A stretch of 64,000 nucleotides of DNA from an uncultured virus (IMG/VR IMGVR_UViG_3300001477_000100) (IMGVR_UViG_3300001477_000100); one strand, 5' to 3'; counted from the first letter of the stretch, positions 46,030-55,603 are shown. The notes: generated by a model not told the origin, from the letters alone. A program made the numbers and translations.

Positions 46030-46459
46030 TATTAAATTTGCCAAAAAGCCAATTTTTTCTCAAAAGTCATACTGGTTATACAAACTTTTTATAGAATTCT
46101 GCAAAGAAAATAAATGTATGCACATTCTGTATAATGATGGCTATTTAAAAGAAGGCATATTCGATGACGCAATTGAAAATTTCACCATGCTAACTGGATT
46201 AACTGTTTTCTTTGAGGAAAGCGGAAATCTTGCAAGATGCATTGTGGAAGGGGAATGTAATGCTGCTTTCGAAAGAATACAATTATGGCGATATTTTCTC
46301 CTTAAAAACTATACTAAAATTCCAGGACAAGTGAGAATGGAATTGGGACCAGATATGTGGTTAAAAATTATGAGAACAATGAGAGAATTTGGCGATAGAG
46401 GCAATAAGAAAATAATAAATGCTTTAGAAAATTTATATTTATATACTATCAATGAATAA
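46016..46459 (+). CDS. Hypothetical protein
   Basis: 147 aa. Confidence 0.7.
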   Translation: MSLDNIKFAKKPIFSQKSYWLYKLFIEFCKENKCMHILYNDGYLKEGIFDDAIENFTMLTGLTVFFEESGNLARCIVEGECNAAFERIQLWRYFLLKNYTKIPGQVRMELGPDMWLKIMRTMREFGDRGNKKIINALENLYLYTINE

Positions 46460-47492
46460 AACTTTTTTGAAAAATCTGCTTCAAGCACCTAGTCCTAGCG
46501 GCTATGAGGAACATGCGACAAAAATCGTAAAAGACTATTTAGAGGAATGTGGCGTAAAGTATGAATTCACCGACAAAGTTGGTAACGCTGCTTTCTCAGT
46601 TGGCAATGGTAACATTGTCATTATGCTTTCAGCGCATATTGACGAGATAGGTCTTCAAGTTCAACATATTGATGATAAAGGATTTGTCCATTTCATCAAA
46701 GATGGAGGAACAGACGCAAAGGTATTACCTGGCTCAACCGTAGCCATACACACTGCCAAAGGTATTGTGAATGGAGTAATTGGCAAGATACCAATTCATA
46801 TCGAATATTATACAGACGATAAGGATAAGGCTATCAAGGTCAAGGATATGAAAATTGACATTGGTGCTGAGACCAAAGAAGAAGCAAATAAACTTATCTC
46901 AATTGGAGACCCCATCACAATTTGTGACATCCCTCTTGAGTTAGGTGCTAATCGTTTCGCTGGGCGTGGACTTGACGATAAGGTCGGTGTCTATGTTATG
47001 GCAGAGGTGATGAAGCAACTGAAGAATCTCAATCTCCAGAATGTCAAAGTGTATGGAGTGGCTTGCACACAAGAAGAAACGTCAGCAAGTGGGGCTGTCG
47101 GTGCTGCAACTAAAATCAACCCACAGTATTCTATTGATTATGACGTAACATTCGCAACCGACGATGATTATGTAAGTCCTAATGAATGGGGTGACATCAA
47201 ACTTGGAAAGGGTGGCGCAATTTCTCACGGTGTGGATAGCAATAGAAAGTTTACACGACTGTTGAAAGAAGTGTGTGAAACAAATAAAATCCCTTACCAA
47301 GAGTTTTCAGTTGGAAGCGGTGGAACAGATACAGTCCACATTAAACAATCTTCTGAGGACTGTGATACACTCTTGCTTTCAATCCCTAACAGAAACATGC
47401 ACACACAAGTGGAAGTATGCGACTATAGGGATTTGGAGTCATTGATTAGAATGACCGTTTCTGCAATAATTAGAATCAATAACGGAATTTAA
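46452..47492 (+). CDS. M42-family aminopeptidase
   Basis: SPSGYEE, AHIDEIG, IDIGA, GLDDKVG, QEE, DVT, GGTD, RNMHT. Confidence 0.92.
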   Translation: MNKTFLKNLLQAPSPSGYEEHATKIVKDYLEECGVKYEFTDKVGNAAFSVGNGNIVIMLSAHIDEIGLQVQHIDDKGFVHFIKDGGTDAKVLPGSTVAIHTAKGIVNGVIGKIPIHIEYYTDDKDKAIKVKDMKIDIGAETKEEANKLISIGDPITICDIPLELGANRFAGRGLDDKVGVYVMAEVMKQLKNLNLQNVKVYGVACTQEETSASGAVGAATKINPQYSIDYDVTFATDDDYVSPNEWGDIKLGKGGAISHGVDSNRKFTRLLKEVCETNKIPYQEFSVGSGGTDTVHIKQSSEDCDTLLLSIPNRNMHTQVEVCDYRDLESLIRMTVSAIIRINNGI

Positions 47493-47494
47493 TT

Positions 47495-47703
47495 ATGGGC
47501 AAAAAAATATACACCAAAAAATAGCAGACATAATAATTAAAATACTTTTAATTGCAAATTTTGCAATAGTAATCTGGTATTGTTTTGACCCATCTTTTAT
47601 GGATAAACTTGAAGATAACACTAGAATGACTATTGCATTATCTATGGTGTATAGTTGGGGCATAATTGGAGGTTTTGCGCTTGGTGCAAAACAGTCCAAA
47701 TAA
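47495..47703 (+). pseudogene. Small membrane protein interrupted by a frameshift in an A7 run
   Basis: ATG GGC then A7; adding one A joins it to an open two-TM frame ending TAA 47701-47703. Confidence 0.45.
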
Positions 47704-47746
47704 AATGGTATTAACTTTTATATTGCTACTTAAAAAAAACATAAAT

Positions 47747-48301
47747 ATGAATACAAATACTAAAGAATATGAAATATCAATCCTTAAAAAGATTGACGAG
47801 TCTATAGCAAAGACTACAGAGAAACTTGCTCCCATAGCAACAATTAAAAACGAGGATAAGACACCAGAGGAACTGTTTGAGGAAATGAACCTTAAGAGTA
47901 GAAATGGTGCGCTTAAACTCATTAAGTCAGAACTCATTAGGGAGAATGAGAAAAATCATACGAATCTTGAGTATAAAATGCTTGAGAATGAGGAAGTTAA
48001 AGTTCTCATTAAACTCGCTAACAACCATAAGGAAACAATGGAGGGATACCTCAAAAGCGGTAATACCAAACTCTATGATAGTGAGTCAGCGGAACTCAAG
48101 GTGATTGAGGAATTCACTCCAGCACAGCCTACTGAGGAAGACATCGTTAACTTTACCAAAGAGGTGATTGCTGCATATATCGCCACCAAGGAAGAGGGTT
48201 ATGTCCCATCTATGAGAGATATGGGTCAGATTGTTCCGAAGGTTAAGGCAAAGTATCCTAACGTTGACGGTAACATAATCAGAAAAACTCTTCTTGGATA
48301 A
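47747..48301 (+). CDS. GatB/YqeY domain protein
   Basis: LKLIKSEL, ELKVIEEF.P.Q.TEE, MRDMGQI. Confidence 0.8.
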   Translation: MNTNTKEYEISILKKIDESIAKTTEKLAPIATIKNEDKTPEELFEEMNLKSRNGALKLIKSELIRENEKNHTNLEYKMLENEEVKVLIKLANNHKETMEGYLKSGNTKLYDSESAELKVIEEFTPAQPTEEDIVNFTKEVIAAYIATKEEGYVPSMRDMGQIVPKVKAKYPNVDGNIIRKTLLG

Positions 48302-48302
48302 T

Positions 48303-48689
48303 ATGTTAATGGAAAATAATGGTATGGCAGTTAAATCAGTGGTAGCAACCAAGGCAAAACCCACAGAGATTCAAAACGCCATTAATCGCTTGTATGAAGA
48401 CTATAAAAAAGCGTTGAATGGTATCCCTTTAAATGACGAACAAAGAGAAAACCTCACGAAATACTTTGTACTAGCCACTGACCTTATTCCTAGGGAAAAT
48501 GTAGAGGAAACACCAATAAAGGAAGAAAACGTTATATGCAAACTCCTTTTGAGTGGCTCTCCAAATCTTTTAGGTGCTACCGTTGATGGAATTCTTAAAT
48601 CGTTAATAGTGAAAAATAAAAATGGCTATACAGATACTGAGAAAACTGGAGAATATACCATGACACTATTAATCGAAAAAAAATCTTAA
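48303..48689 (+). CDS. Hypothetical protein
   Basis: ORF directly after yqeY-like gene. Confidence 0.7.
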   Translation: MLMENNGMAVKSVVATKAKPTEIQNAINRLYEDYKKALNGIPLNDEQRENLTKYFVLATDLIPRENVEETPIKEENVICKLLLSGSPNLLGATVDGILKSLIVKNKNGYTDTEKTGEYTMTLLIEKKS

Positions 48690-48693
48690 ATAA

Positions 48694-48725
48694 TTTGGAT
48701 ATTACATTTATTTTTCGTATATTTG
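48694..48725 (+). promoter_or_regulatory. Promoter, ATG 4 nt downstream
   Basis: TTTG-N20-TATATTTG-caat-ATG. Confidence 0.8.
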
Positions 48726-48729
48726 CAAT

Positions 48730-49038
48730 ATGGAAAATAGTAATTTCATAGACTATAACGAAGTCGTTAAGATATTAGAAAAGAATTGGTTTTACGGTTT
48801 CACTGGAAAACGAGAGAACAATAGGGTGACGTATACTTTTAAGAGCATACGTTACCCAAACGTTCTTATTAGCGTCAAGACATTGAAGATAGAACCAAAT
48901 AAAGTTCTGTCTAAAAAAATAGTGTTGGGAATTAAATTTAATGATATTGAAATAAACGGATGGAAAGAGTTTATTAAAGGGTTAAAAGAAATTTACAAAT
49001 TTAATAAGAAAAATTATGGGAATACAAAAAAAAATTGA
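48730..49038 (+). CDS. Hypothetical protein
   Basis: 102 aa. Confidence 0.7.
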   Translation: MENSNFIDYNEVVKILEKNWFYGFTGKRENNRVTYTFKSIRYPNVLISVKTLKIEPNKVLSKKIVLGIKFNDIEINGWKEFIKGLKEIYKFNKKNYGNTKKN

Positions 49039-49118
49039 TACCATTATAACAGTCGTTGGTGTAGTAGTATCAGCATATCAGCTAATGGAGAAAACATTCA
49101 AATGGTATGAAAAAAAAC

Positions 49119-49538
49119 ATGGCAAGAGAAACAATTCTAAAAATATTACAAGACCCATCATTAAAGGTGCGTAAAAGAGGAATTGTTGTAAAAATGATAT
49201 GCCCACATGCCACAAGGACACCAAGGAACTATATGATACTTCTACTGAACGATAAAAGCAAACTGTGTGGCACTAAAACGAACAATTATAGCAAATACAA
49301 GTTTTCGTATGACACTAACAAGTTTGACACTAACGATTTGTTTCCAGAATTTGCTGTTAACTTAGCTGGGAATTCATCAACTCGTATAGGGGTTTCTAAA
49401 GAATCTTATATAGTTAAGCCAACTATACAAGACTACCTTGAATTATGGGATATGTATACAACATATAAGAAAAAATGGCAAGAAATATGGCGTTGGCAAG
49501 AGAAACAATACGGAAAATATTACAAGACCCATCATTAA
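49119..49538 (+). CDS. Tandem triplicated hypothetical protein, copy 1
   Basis: ARETI.KILQ.PSLKVR..G.VVK...VKPTIQDYLELW. Confidence 0.75.
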   Translation: MARETILKILQDPSLKVRKRGIVVKMICPHATRTPRNYMILLLNDKSKLCGTKTNNYSKYKFSYDTNKFDTNDLFPEFAVNLAGNSSTRIGVSKESYIVKPTIQDYLELWDMYTTYKKKWQEIWRWQEKQYGKYYKTHH

Positions 49539-49858
49539 AGGTACGTAGAAAAGGTGTTGTCGTGAAAATAATTTACCCAGATGCCACAGTCACACCAAGG
49601 AACTATATGATAGTTCTACTGAACGATAAAAGCGAACTGTATACCACTAACGATTTGTCTACAGAACTTGCTGTTAACTTGGCTGGGGAATCATCAACTT
49701 GTATAGGGGTTTCTAAAGAATCTTATATAGTTAAGCCAACTATACAAGACTACCTTGAATTATGGGATATGTATACAAGGAAAAAATGGCGAAAAATGCG
49801 AGAAAAATGGAGTTGGCAAGAGAAACAATACGGAAAATTTTACAAAGCCCATCATTAA
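49487..49858 (+). CDS. Tandem triplicated hypothetical protein, copy 2
   Basis: Near-identical to copy 1, shorter in the middle. Confidence 0.75.
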   Translation: MALARETIRKILQDPSLKVRRKGVVVKIIYPDATVTPRNYMIVLLNDKSELYTTNDLSTELAVNLAGESSTCIGVSKESYIVKPTIQDYLELWDMYTRKKWRKMREKWSWQEKQYGKFYKAHH

Positions 49859-50154
49859 AGGTACGTAGAAAAGGTGTTGTCGTGAAAATAATTTACCCAA
49901 ATACCACAGTCACACCAAGGGACTATATGATAGCTCTACTGAACGATAAAAGCAGACTGTTTGGCTATACTGGTTTGGGTCTAGAATTTGCTGTTAACTT
50001 GATTGGGGATTCATCAACTTTTATAGGGTTTTCTGAAGATTCTTATATAGTTAAGCCAACTGTACAAGACTACCTTGAATTATGGGATAAATATACAAGA
50101 TATAAAAGAGAAAATGGCGTTGACAATAAAAGCAATAAGAGATACATACGGTGA
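49807..50154 (+). CDS. Tandem triplicated hypothetical protein, copy 3
   Basis: Near-identical to copies 1 and 2. Confidence 0.75.
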   Translation: MELARETIRKILQSPSLKVRRKGVVVKIIYPNTTVTPRDYMIALLNDKSRLFGYTGLGLEFAVNLIGDSSTFIGFSEDSYIVKPTVQDYLELWDKYTRYKRENGVDNKSNKRYIR

Positions 50155-50497
50155 GCCCGTTGCGCAATGGATTGGAATAGATGATTTCGATACAATAAAA
50201 GGAAAAGAACACTATTTACTCGGAACTAGGATATATGGTGACGATGACAGTAATGAGAAAATCATACTTACTAAAGAACAAAGCGTAGATGCACTTTTAA
50301 GAGGGTCTATGATTATGACTATGAGGAAAAGTCTAGATAGAGATTTCCAAAAAATGCCTTGTGATGTGTTTGAAAAACCAGACATCACAATGTATATCAT
50401 TCTAGGGCAAAGATTAAAAGAGGAAGGAATTATTTTCAACAAGAAATTAGGGAAATTTAAATGCGCTAAAGATAAAAAGGAGAGTTTTTTATCTTAA
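50114..50497 (+). CDS. Hypothetical protein (KP..Y..L..G..FN tail family)
   Basis: KPDITMYIILGQRLKEEGIIFNKK. Confidence 0.7.
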   Translation: MALTIKAIRDTYGEPVAQWIGIDDFDTIKGKEHYLLGTRIYGDDDSNEKIILTKEQSVDALLRGSMIMTMRKSLDRDFQKMPCDVFEKPDITMYIILGQRLKEEGIIFNKKLGKFKCAKDKKESFLS

Positions 50498-51610
50498 CTC
50501 TCCTTTTATTAATTTATTCAATTCTTCTTTTATCACGTTATTAATCATTTGTTTGTTTTCACCATACGGATAACGCATTGCGTGATAACGAGCCAAATTA
50601 CCAGCAGCACGTTCACGAGGTGCATATACCGCTTGGTCTCTAGTATTCCTAAAATCCCTAAAGAACTCTCTTTTCTGCGCTTGATTGGCTAGGTGAGGGA
50701 TAAACTGTGTCTTACCATCCCTAGCATATTGTATCTCATTTTCCTCTTCATCCTCATAAGAATCTGGGCCATAGTTTCCATCAATATAATCACTTAGCGT
50801 ACAAGCAGTTATTTCTCCGTCATTTCTCCAATCTTCAAATACCATGTCATATTGTAATAAATCTTCATATGTAACAATTCCAGTGTTAGCTAAATCTCTC
50901 ATTATGACGGTAAGAGTTTGTGGGTCTGGTTGCTCAGTCGTATAAAAGCCTATCATACCTAGTTGAGGCCATATCCTACCTTCATTTCTACCACTTTCAA
51001 AATACCCTTCAAAACTGCTACCAATCTCTTCTAATGCTTGGTCTATACCATCTTTATCGGTAAAGTCATAATACTCAGCCTCATTGCTTGCTATTTCTTC
51101 AGCCAACTCATCTGCATTAGGTATTGAACCGCCATTAATCGCATTCTCTGTAATTTCCTTTGCTTTATCCCTATCCAATGAATAACAATTTTCATCTAAC
51201 CATTCGTCAAGGTCAATTTCATCAGAGCCATCGCTAGAAACATACATATCAATGTCTTCGTTATATGTATATCCGTATTGTTTAAAATCATTAACCAAAT
51301 CTTCTAAAGCATCAGTGAAATATGAAATCTCTTCTTCCATATTTTCTTTTTTAGCGTTATAGAAATACCTTTTTGCCATTTTACCGCAAGCATTTACATG
51401 GGTTGTATAAGCGTCACCGATTGAAAATATGTCATTTCCATTATATTCCTCTTGCCAATACCCAAACGGAAAACCATATTCTGTGTTCCAATCAGCCGCA
51501 TATGATTGTCCAGTTCGTTCATCCTCAAAATGTGGGTGGTCAGTACCCGCTTCAAAACTCCAATTATCCTCATTTAACATTTGAGATTCTAATATATGTA
51601 TTTTTTTCAT
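50489..51610 (-). CDS. Very acidic protein, probable late/virion-associated
   Basis: Only convincing minus-strand gene (373 aa); KKIHILESQ N-terminus, INNVIKEELNK C-terminus; AATATTTATA upstream. Confidence 0.8.
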   Translation of the reverse strand: MKKIHILESQMLNEDNWSFEAGTDHPHFEDERTGQSYAADWNTEYGFPFGYWQEEYNGNDIFSIGDAYTTHVNACGKMAKRYFYNAKKENMEEEISYFTDALEDLVNDFKQYGYTYNEDIDMYVSSDGSDEIDLDEWLDENCYSLDRDKAKEITENAINGGSIPNADELAEEIASNEAEYYDFTDKDGIDQALEEIGSSFEGYFESGRNEGRIWPQLGMIGFYTTEQPDPQTLTVIMRDLANTGIVTYEDLLQYDMVFEDWRNDGEITACTLSDYIDGNYGPDSYEDEEENEIQYARDGKTQFIPHLANQAQKREFFRDFRNTRDQAVYAPRERAAGNLARYHAMRYPYGENKQMINNVIKEELNKLIKGELR

Positions 51611-51638
51611 TGGCTATATGTTAATTTTCTATAAATAT

Positions 51639-51670
51639 TTTGGTTATTTAAATTATTTTTCGTATATTTG
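51639..51670 (+). promoter_or_regulatory. Bacteroidetes sigma-A-type promoter heading the small-gene array
   Basis: TTTG-N20-TATATTTG. Confidence 0.8.
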
Positions 51671-51711
51671 CAAAAAATAATAATAGAATTGATTTTATAA
51701 ATGTTGTGATT

Positions 51712-51984
51712 ATGGGACAGAAAACATCAATTTGGGAAAGATTACGAATGGCTTATAGAGCATTAACTCAAGATTATTATGTGTTCTTTGGCTTTGATAA
51801 AGATACAATTATATGGAATAAAAATGACACATACAAAGAATTGAATAGAAAGAAACTATCGCAATTCTCGTATATACCATATAATATCAAAATGATGGCA
51901 TACGGAAAAGAAACTAACATACATGATTTTTTGTGGAATGTCATAGAAAATTTTGCAAAAGAAGCCCAGAATGGAAAATTCTAA
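51712..51984 (+). CDS. Hypothetical protein
   Basis: ORF after promoter. Confidence 0.65.
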   Translation: MGQKTSIWERLRMAYRALTQDYYVFFGFDKDTIIWNKNDTYKELNRKKLSQFSYIPYNIKMMAYGKETNIHDFLWNVIENFAKEAQNGKF

Positions 51985-52001
51985 ATTAAAGAAAAATAAT
52001 T

Positions 52002-52367
52002 ATGCCAACAATTTATCCAAAAAAAATTCGTAGAAAATTTGCTTCGTTAAACCTTGAAAAAATAAAAGAATCTTTAACGAAACAAGGGTATGAATTTATT
52101 CGTGACGGGGGGTTTCGTCCAGAAGATGAGCCTTTCGAATACTCTAATTATCTGTTCTATAAACACCCACAAACAAAAGTGGCTGTCAGAGTAGGGTATG
52201 ATTATCCTTTGTTTGGTAAGAAAAATGTGATTTTTGAAATCTGCTACGCAAAAATCAAAGATACATATTGGAATGATGTAACTCCAAATTTCTCGAAAAA
52301 TTGTTGGAAAGAAATTAGCGATTGGTATACTAAAGATAAAACTGGAAAATTCGTAAAAAACAAGTAA
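52002..52367 (+). CDS. Hypothetical protein
   Basis: 121 aa. Confidence 0.7.
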   Translation: MPTIYPKKIRRKFASLNLEKIKESLTKQGYEFIRDGGFRPEDEPFEYSNYLFYKHPQTKVAVRVGYDYPLFGKKNVIFEICYAKIKDTYWNDVTPNFSKNCWKEISDWYTKDKTGKFVKNK

Positions 52368-52531
52368 TTAGAACTTATAATAAATATGAAAAAGGTATAT
52401 ATTGAAGGAGTTTTGCTTCCCATAGCTATTGTACTAATATCTTATGGAATACATAATACAGAAGCAATATATTACTTAATAGGTGGAGTTTGTACTGGAG
52501 TTTATGTTTCCATTCAAAACAAAAAATGACT

Positions 52532-52915
52532 ATGGCAACAATTAAATCATATACTGATATAGAGCAAAGTCGTAAGTTGGCAGAGATACTGCCACTTGAA
52601 AGTGCTGATGCAATATATGAATATTGTGGAGCAAAATTAGAAACGTCAAAATTAATAGAGAAACCAATTTACTGGCTTGTAATAAAAGGTTTTGAGTCAT
52701 GCTGTAGATTTTCAGCATCAAAAAAAGATATCCCTTGTTGGTCGCTTGCAAGTTTGCTTGGTGTATTACATTATTACACTCTGCAAACTAACACAGATGG
52801 AACTGTGTTTGTGGTTTGCGATAGCAAGAAACCTATGATTTCAGATGCATATGATAATCCTATTGATGCTTGTGTAGCTATGATTGAGAAATTACACGAA
52901 CTTAAAATGTTGTAA
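52532..52915 (+). CDS. Bacteroidales phage-type hypothetical protein
   Basis: TDIEQSRKLAEILPLESAD..IPCWSLASLL..NPIDAC. Confidence 0.75.
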   Translation: MATIKSYTDIEQSRKLAEILPLESADAIYEYCGAKLETSKLIEKPIYWLVIKGFESCCRFSASKKDIPCWSLASLLGVLHYYTLQTNTDGTVFVVCDSKKPMISDAYDNPIDACVAMIEKLHELKML

Positions 52916-53090
52916 ATATGACAAAGAAACAACTTGTAGAACTATGGAATAGTTTGGATGATGATACAGAAATAGAATTTCCTTATGCTTATAGTAAAGA
53001 AAACGGAAAAATTAAAAAGATTATTATAATTACAGATGCGGCTGATTGGAACACAATGTAATATTTAAAAGAACTAATAAATAAGAAATC

Positions 53091-53321
53091 ATGAAAGAAG
53101 AATCTTGGGTATGTGTTGATGGTCATGACGATGAGAGAATATTTCCTCGTAAACCTCATAGAGAGTTCCCAAATATGGACTTAGAGGTTATGTGGGGGCA
53201 AAGATGGACAACAGACCCTCTTGAAAAAGAATATCGAAAAGGAATACTCCTACCAAAAGGAACTATTAAATATCTTACTGGCAAAGAAATGTCATATAGT
53301 GATGAGCCAATAAAATTGTGA
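53091..53321 (+). CDS. Hypothetical phage protein
   Basis: WVCVD..LPKGTIKYLTGKEMSYSDEP. Confidence 0.7.
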   Translation: MKEESWVCVDGHDDERIFPRKPHREFPNMDLEVMWGQRWTTDPLEKEYRKGILLPKGTIKYLTGKEMSYSDEPIKL

Positions 53322-53412
53322 TTATGAAAGAAAAACTGAAATGCCTAAGATTGCCATTCCTTGCATGGTTTATTTTAGTAATTATAATGTCGATTATTAA
53401 ATGTAGTTGAAT

Positions 53413-53547
53413 ATGGAAGTAAAAGAAATAATTAGTTTTTTAGAAAAAGCCAAAGAGCATACTTATAGTTCTCAAGATAAATACCGTTTATCAATGGCAA
53501 TAGATACACTTTGGCACATGAAAGAATGTGGTTGTTTTAATCATTAA
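53413..53547 (+). CDS. Small protein (44 aa) sharing its 5' end with the next gene
   Basis: MEVKEIISFLEK..FNH*. Confidence 0.55.
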   Translation: MEVKEIISFLEKAKEHTYSSQDKYRLSMAIDTLWHMKECGCFNH

Positions 53548-53551
53548 TACT

Positions 53552-53959
53552 ATGGAAGTAAAAGAAATAATTAATAAAATATCCTCAATAGAAAAAGAAA
53601 TTTACAATTACGTTGTAAATACAGAACATTGGCTATTCTATTGGATTCCAAACAAAGAAGTACAAGATTTCATTAAAGAATATCCAGAAGATTATGAAGA
53701 TAGAGTTCATCTACAAGTCAGAAATATTAGTTCTTCACCTTCTTTTATAATAAAATTCGATGAACACCCTAATGATATTGAAAGTATTCAGAGATATGCT
53801 GTTCTTTATACATTTAGAGATTCCGTTAAAGCAAGTTGGATGGAGTGGAATGGTAAAATTAAAGAATTGCAGATAATGAACAAAGAAAAGGAACTTGCAT
53901 ATTACAAACAGAAAGTTTCTGATGCTGAAAAAGAAATAAAAGAACTTACACGGTTGTGA
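53552..53959 (+). CDS. Hypothetical protein
   Basis: MEVKEIINKISS.. Confidence 0.7.
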   Translation: MEVKEIINKISSIEKEIYNYVVNTEHWLFYWIPNKEVQDFIKEYPEDYEDRVHLQVRNISSSPSFIIKFDEHPNDIESIQRYAVLYTFRDSVKASWMEWNGKIKELQIMNKEKELAYYKQKVSDAEKEIKELTRL

Positions 53960-54104
53960 TTATGGACTATAAAAAGAAATATGAAAAGGCAAATAATGTA
54001 TTAACAAAAATACAAAAAATGATAGATGACCACGAACTTGATGCTACTGAATTTTGTGGGGAAGTTTGTCATTTACTTCGTGAATACAATAATAATAAAT
54101 AACT

Positions 54105-55124
54105 ATGAAAGAATTATCAATAGAGCAAAAAGCCAAGAGATATGACGAGGCTATTGCACATGCAAAAAATTTATTAAAAACTATTGGCAATGCAACACTT
54201 GGCAATCTTGTTTTGAAAAATGAGTTTAAAAATATGTTCCCAGCTCTTGAAGAGGACGAGGATGAGGAGATAAGGGAATGGATAAAGAAAGAGTTGGTAT
54301 CTAAACATGTTGTTGATAATATTGTTAATGATGTGATGGCAGATAAAGCTCTTGCTTGGCTTGAAAAGCGAGTTCCTATTGATGAAGAAAAAATTCTGAT
54401 AGGTGCAAGAAAAGATGAGGATGAGAGGATAAGGAAAAACTGTATTCATTTTCTTGAACTTCAAAAACAGCATCACGCTGCAACATTTGAAATAGAAGAA
54501 TGTATTGATTGGCTTGAAAAGAAAGGTGAGCAGAAACCTGCTGATAAAATTCAGCTTGGCAAAAAATATAAGTGTATTGCTTCACCAAGATACTCTGCGT
54601 TTGTGAAAGGTGAAATATACAAACCAGAAGATAAATTTCTTTGTAGCCTGATGAACTTCTGCTATGATTGTTTTGAGCCAATAGAAGATGGTGAGAAGAA
54701 GTCTGCTGATAAAGCTGAGTCCAATCTTTTAACCGTTGAACGAGCAAAGGAAATGTCACCTTTTATGAGGAGTGGTTTTGAAAACGAGTATGCTGCTTGG
54801 AGTGAAGAGGATGAAGAAATTGCAAGAGCCCTTAATGATTACGTCAAAAACTTGGACATCCTTTTCTCCAAAATAAATATTGGCGGTAAAGATGTATTAT
54901 CAAAAGAGTTTCGTGAGAAAGTACAAGATTGGCTCAAATCCATAAAAGACAGAGTACAACCACAACCAAAGCAAGAGTGGAGTGAAGAGGATGAGAACAG
55001 AATGAATAATTTATGTCATTTCTTAGAAGAATATGGAAATCAGTATTACGGACATCTAACATTGCAAGGCACAATTTCTTGGTTTAAATCCCTCAAAGAC
55101 AGAGTACAGCCTAAAGTTGAGTAA
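54105..55124 (+). CDS. Modular repeat protein (KAK.YD / EDE.IR..WLEK / WSEEDE..SLKDRVQP)
   Basis: Repeated modules shared with 56627 and 62502. Confidence 0.8.
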   Translation: MKELSIEQKAKRYDEAIAHAKNLLKTIGNATLGNLVLKNEFKNMFPALEEDEDEEIREWIKKELVSKHVVDNIVNDVMADKALAWLEKRVPIDEEKILIGARKDEDERIRKNCIHFLELQKQHHAATFEIEECIDWLEKKGEQKPADKIQLGKKYKCIASPRYSAFVKGEIYKPEDKFLCSLMNFCYDCFEPIEDGEKKSADKAESNLLTVERAKEMSPFMRSGFENEYAAWSEEDEEIARALNDYVKNLDILFSKINIGGKDVLSKEFREKVQDWLKSIKDRVQPQPKQEWSEEDENRMNNLCHFLEEYGNQYYGHLTLQGTISWFKSLKDRVQPKVE

Positions 55125-55245
55125 AGGATAATTAGAATGTCTTGGTTATGCAATAGAAAAGTCAGAAAAAGACTAGTCTCCACTAATAAACAATAGGATT
55201 TATCTCACATTAAAAGCATTGAAAGAACAACTAGAGAAGTTATGA
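55119..55245 (+). pseudogene. Decayed C-terminal module of the preceding gene
   Basis: SKG*LECLGYAIEKSEKD*SPL..LKALKEQLEKL resembles the C-terminus of 56627. Confidence 0.45.
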
Positions 55246-55475
55246 AAAAGATTATTTTGTTAGCACTTACCGCCTTGATGATGGTGGGGTGTGATAATAA
55301 CGGTACTCCACTTGGATATTCTTATTTAGAACTTGATTCTTGTGAGTACATTGCGGGTATAAACCAATTAGCCCACAAGGGCCGCTGCCGATTCTGCGAG
55401 GTTCGTGATTCCATTAAATGGGAAAAGCGTAAAAAGGAATTGGAAGAGTTGGTTGAACAATTAAAGGAGAAATAA
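55242..55475 (+). CDS. Small lipoprotein
   Basis: Lipobox MVGC; DSCEYI..HKGRCRFC. Confidence 0.75.
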   Translation: MKKIILLALTALMMVGCDNNGTPLGYSYLELDSCEYIAGINQLAHKGRCRFCEVRDSIKWEKRKKELEELVEQLKEK

Positions 55476-55603
55476 TATGAAGTCAAAAAAAGACATATGG
55501 ACATTCAAAAATACTGTAGTGAAAGGCGTGAGTTTCTAAAAACTGAACGTCTTAGGATGGAAGCTCCACTATTTAAACGTATTTAATTTGGTTTATGATA
55601 ACT

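Noticed and set aside
51373..51624. Plus-strand 83-aa ORF
   Set aside because: Shadow of the 373-aa minus-strand gene
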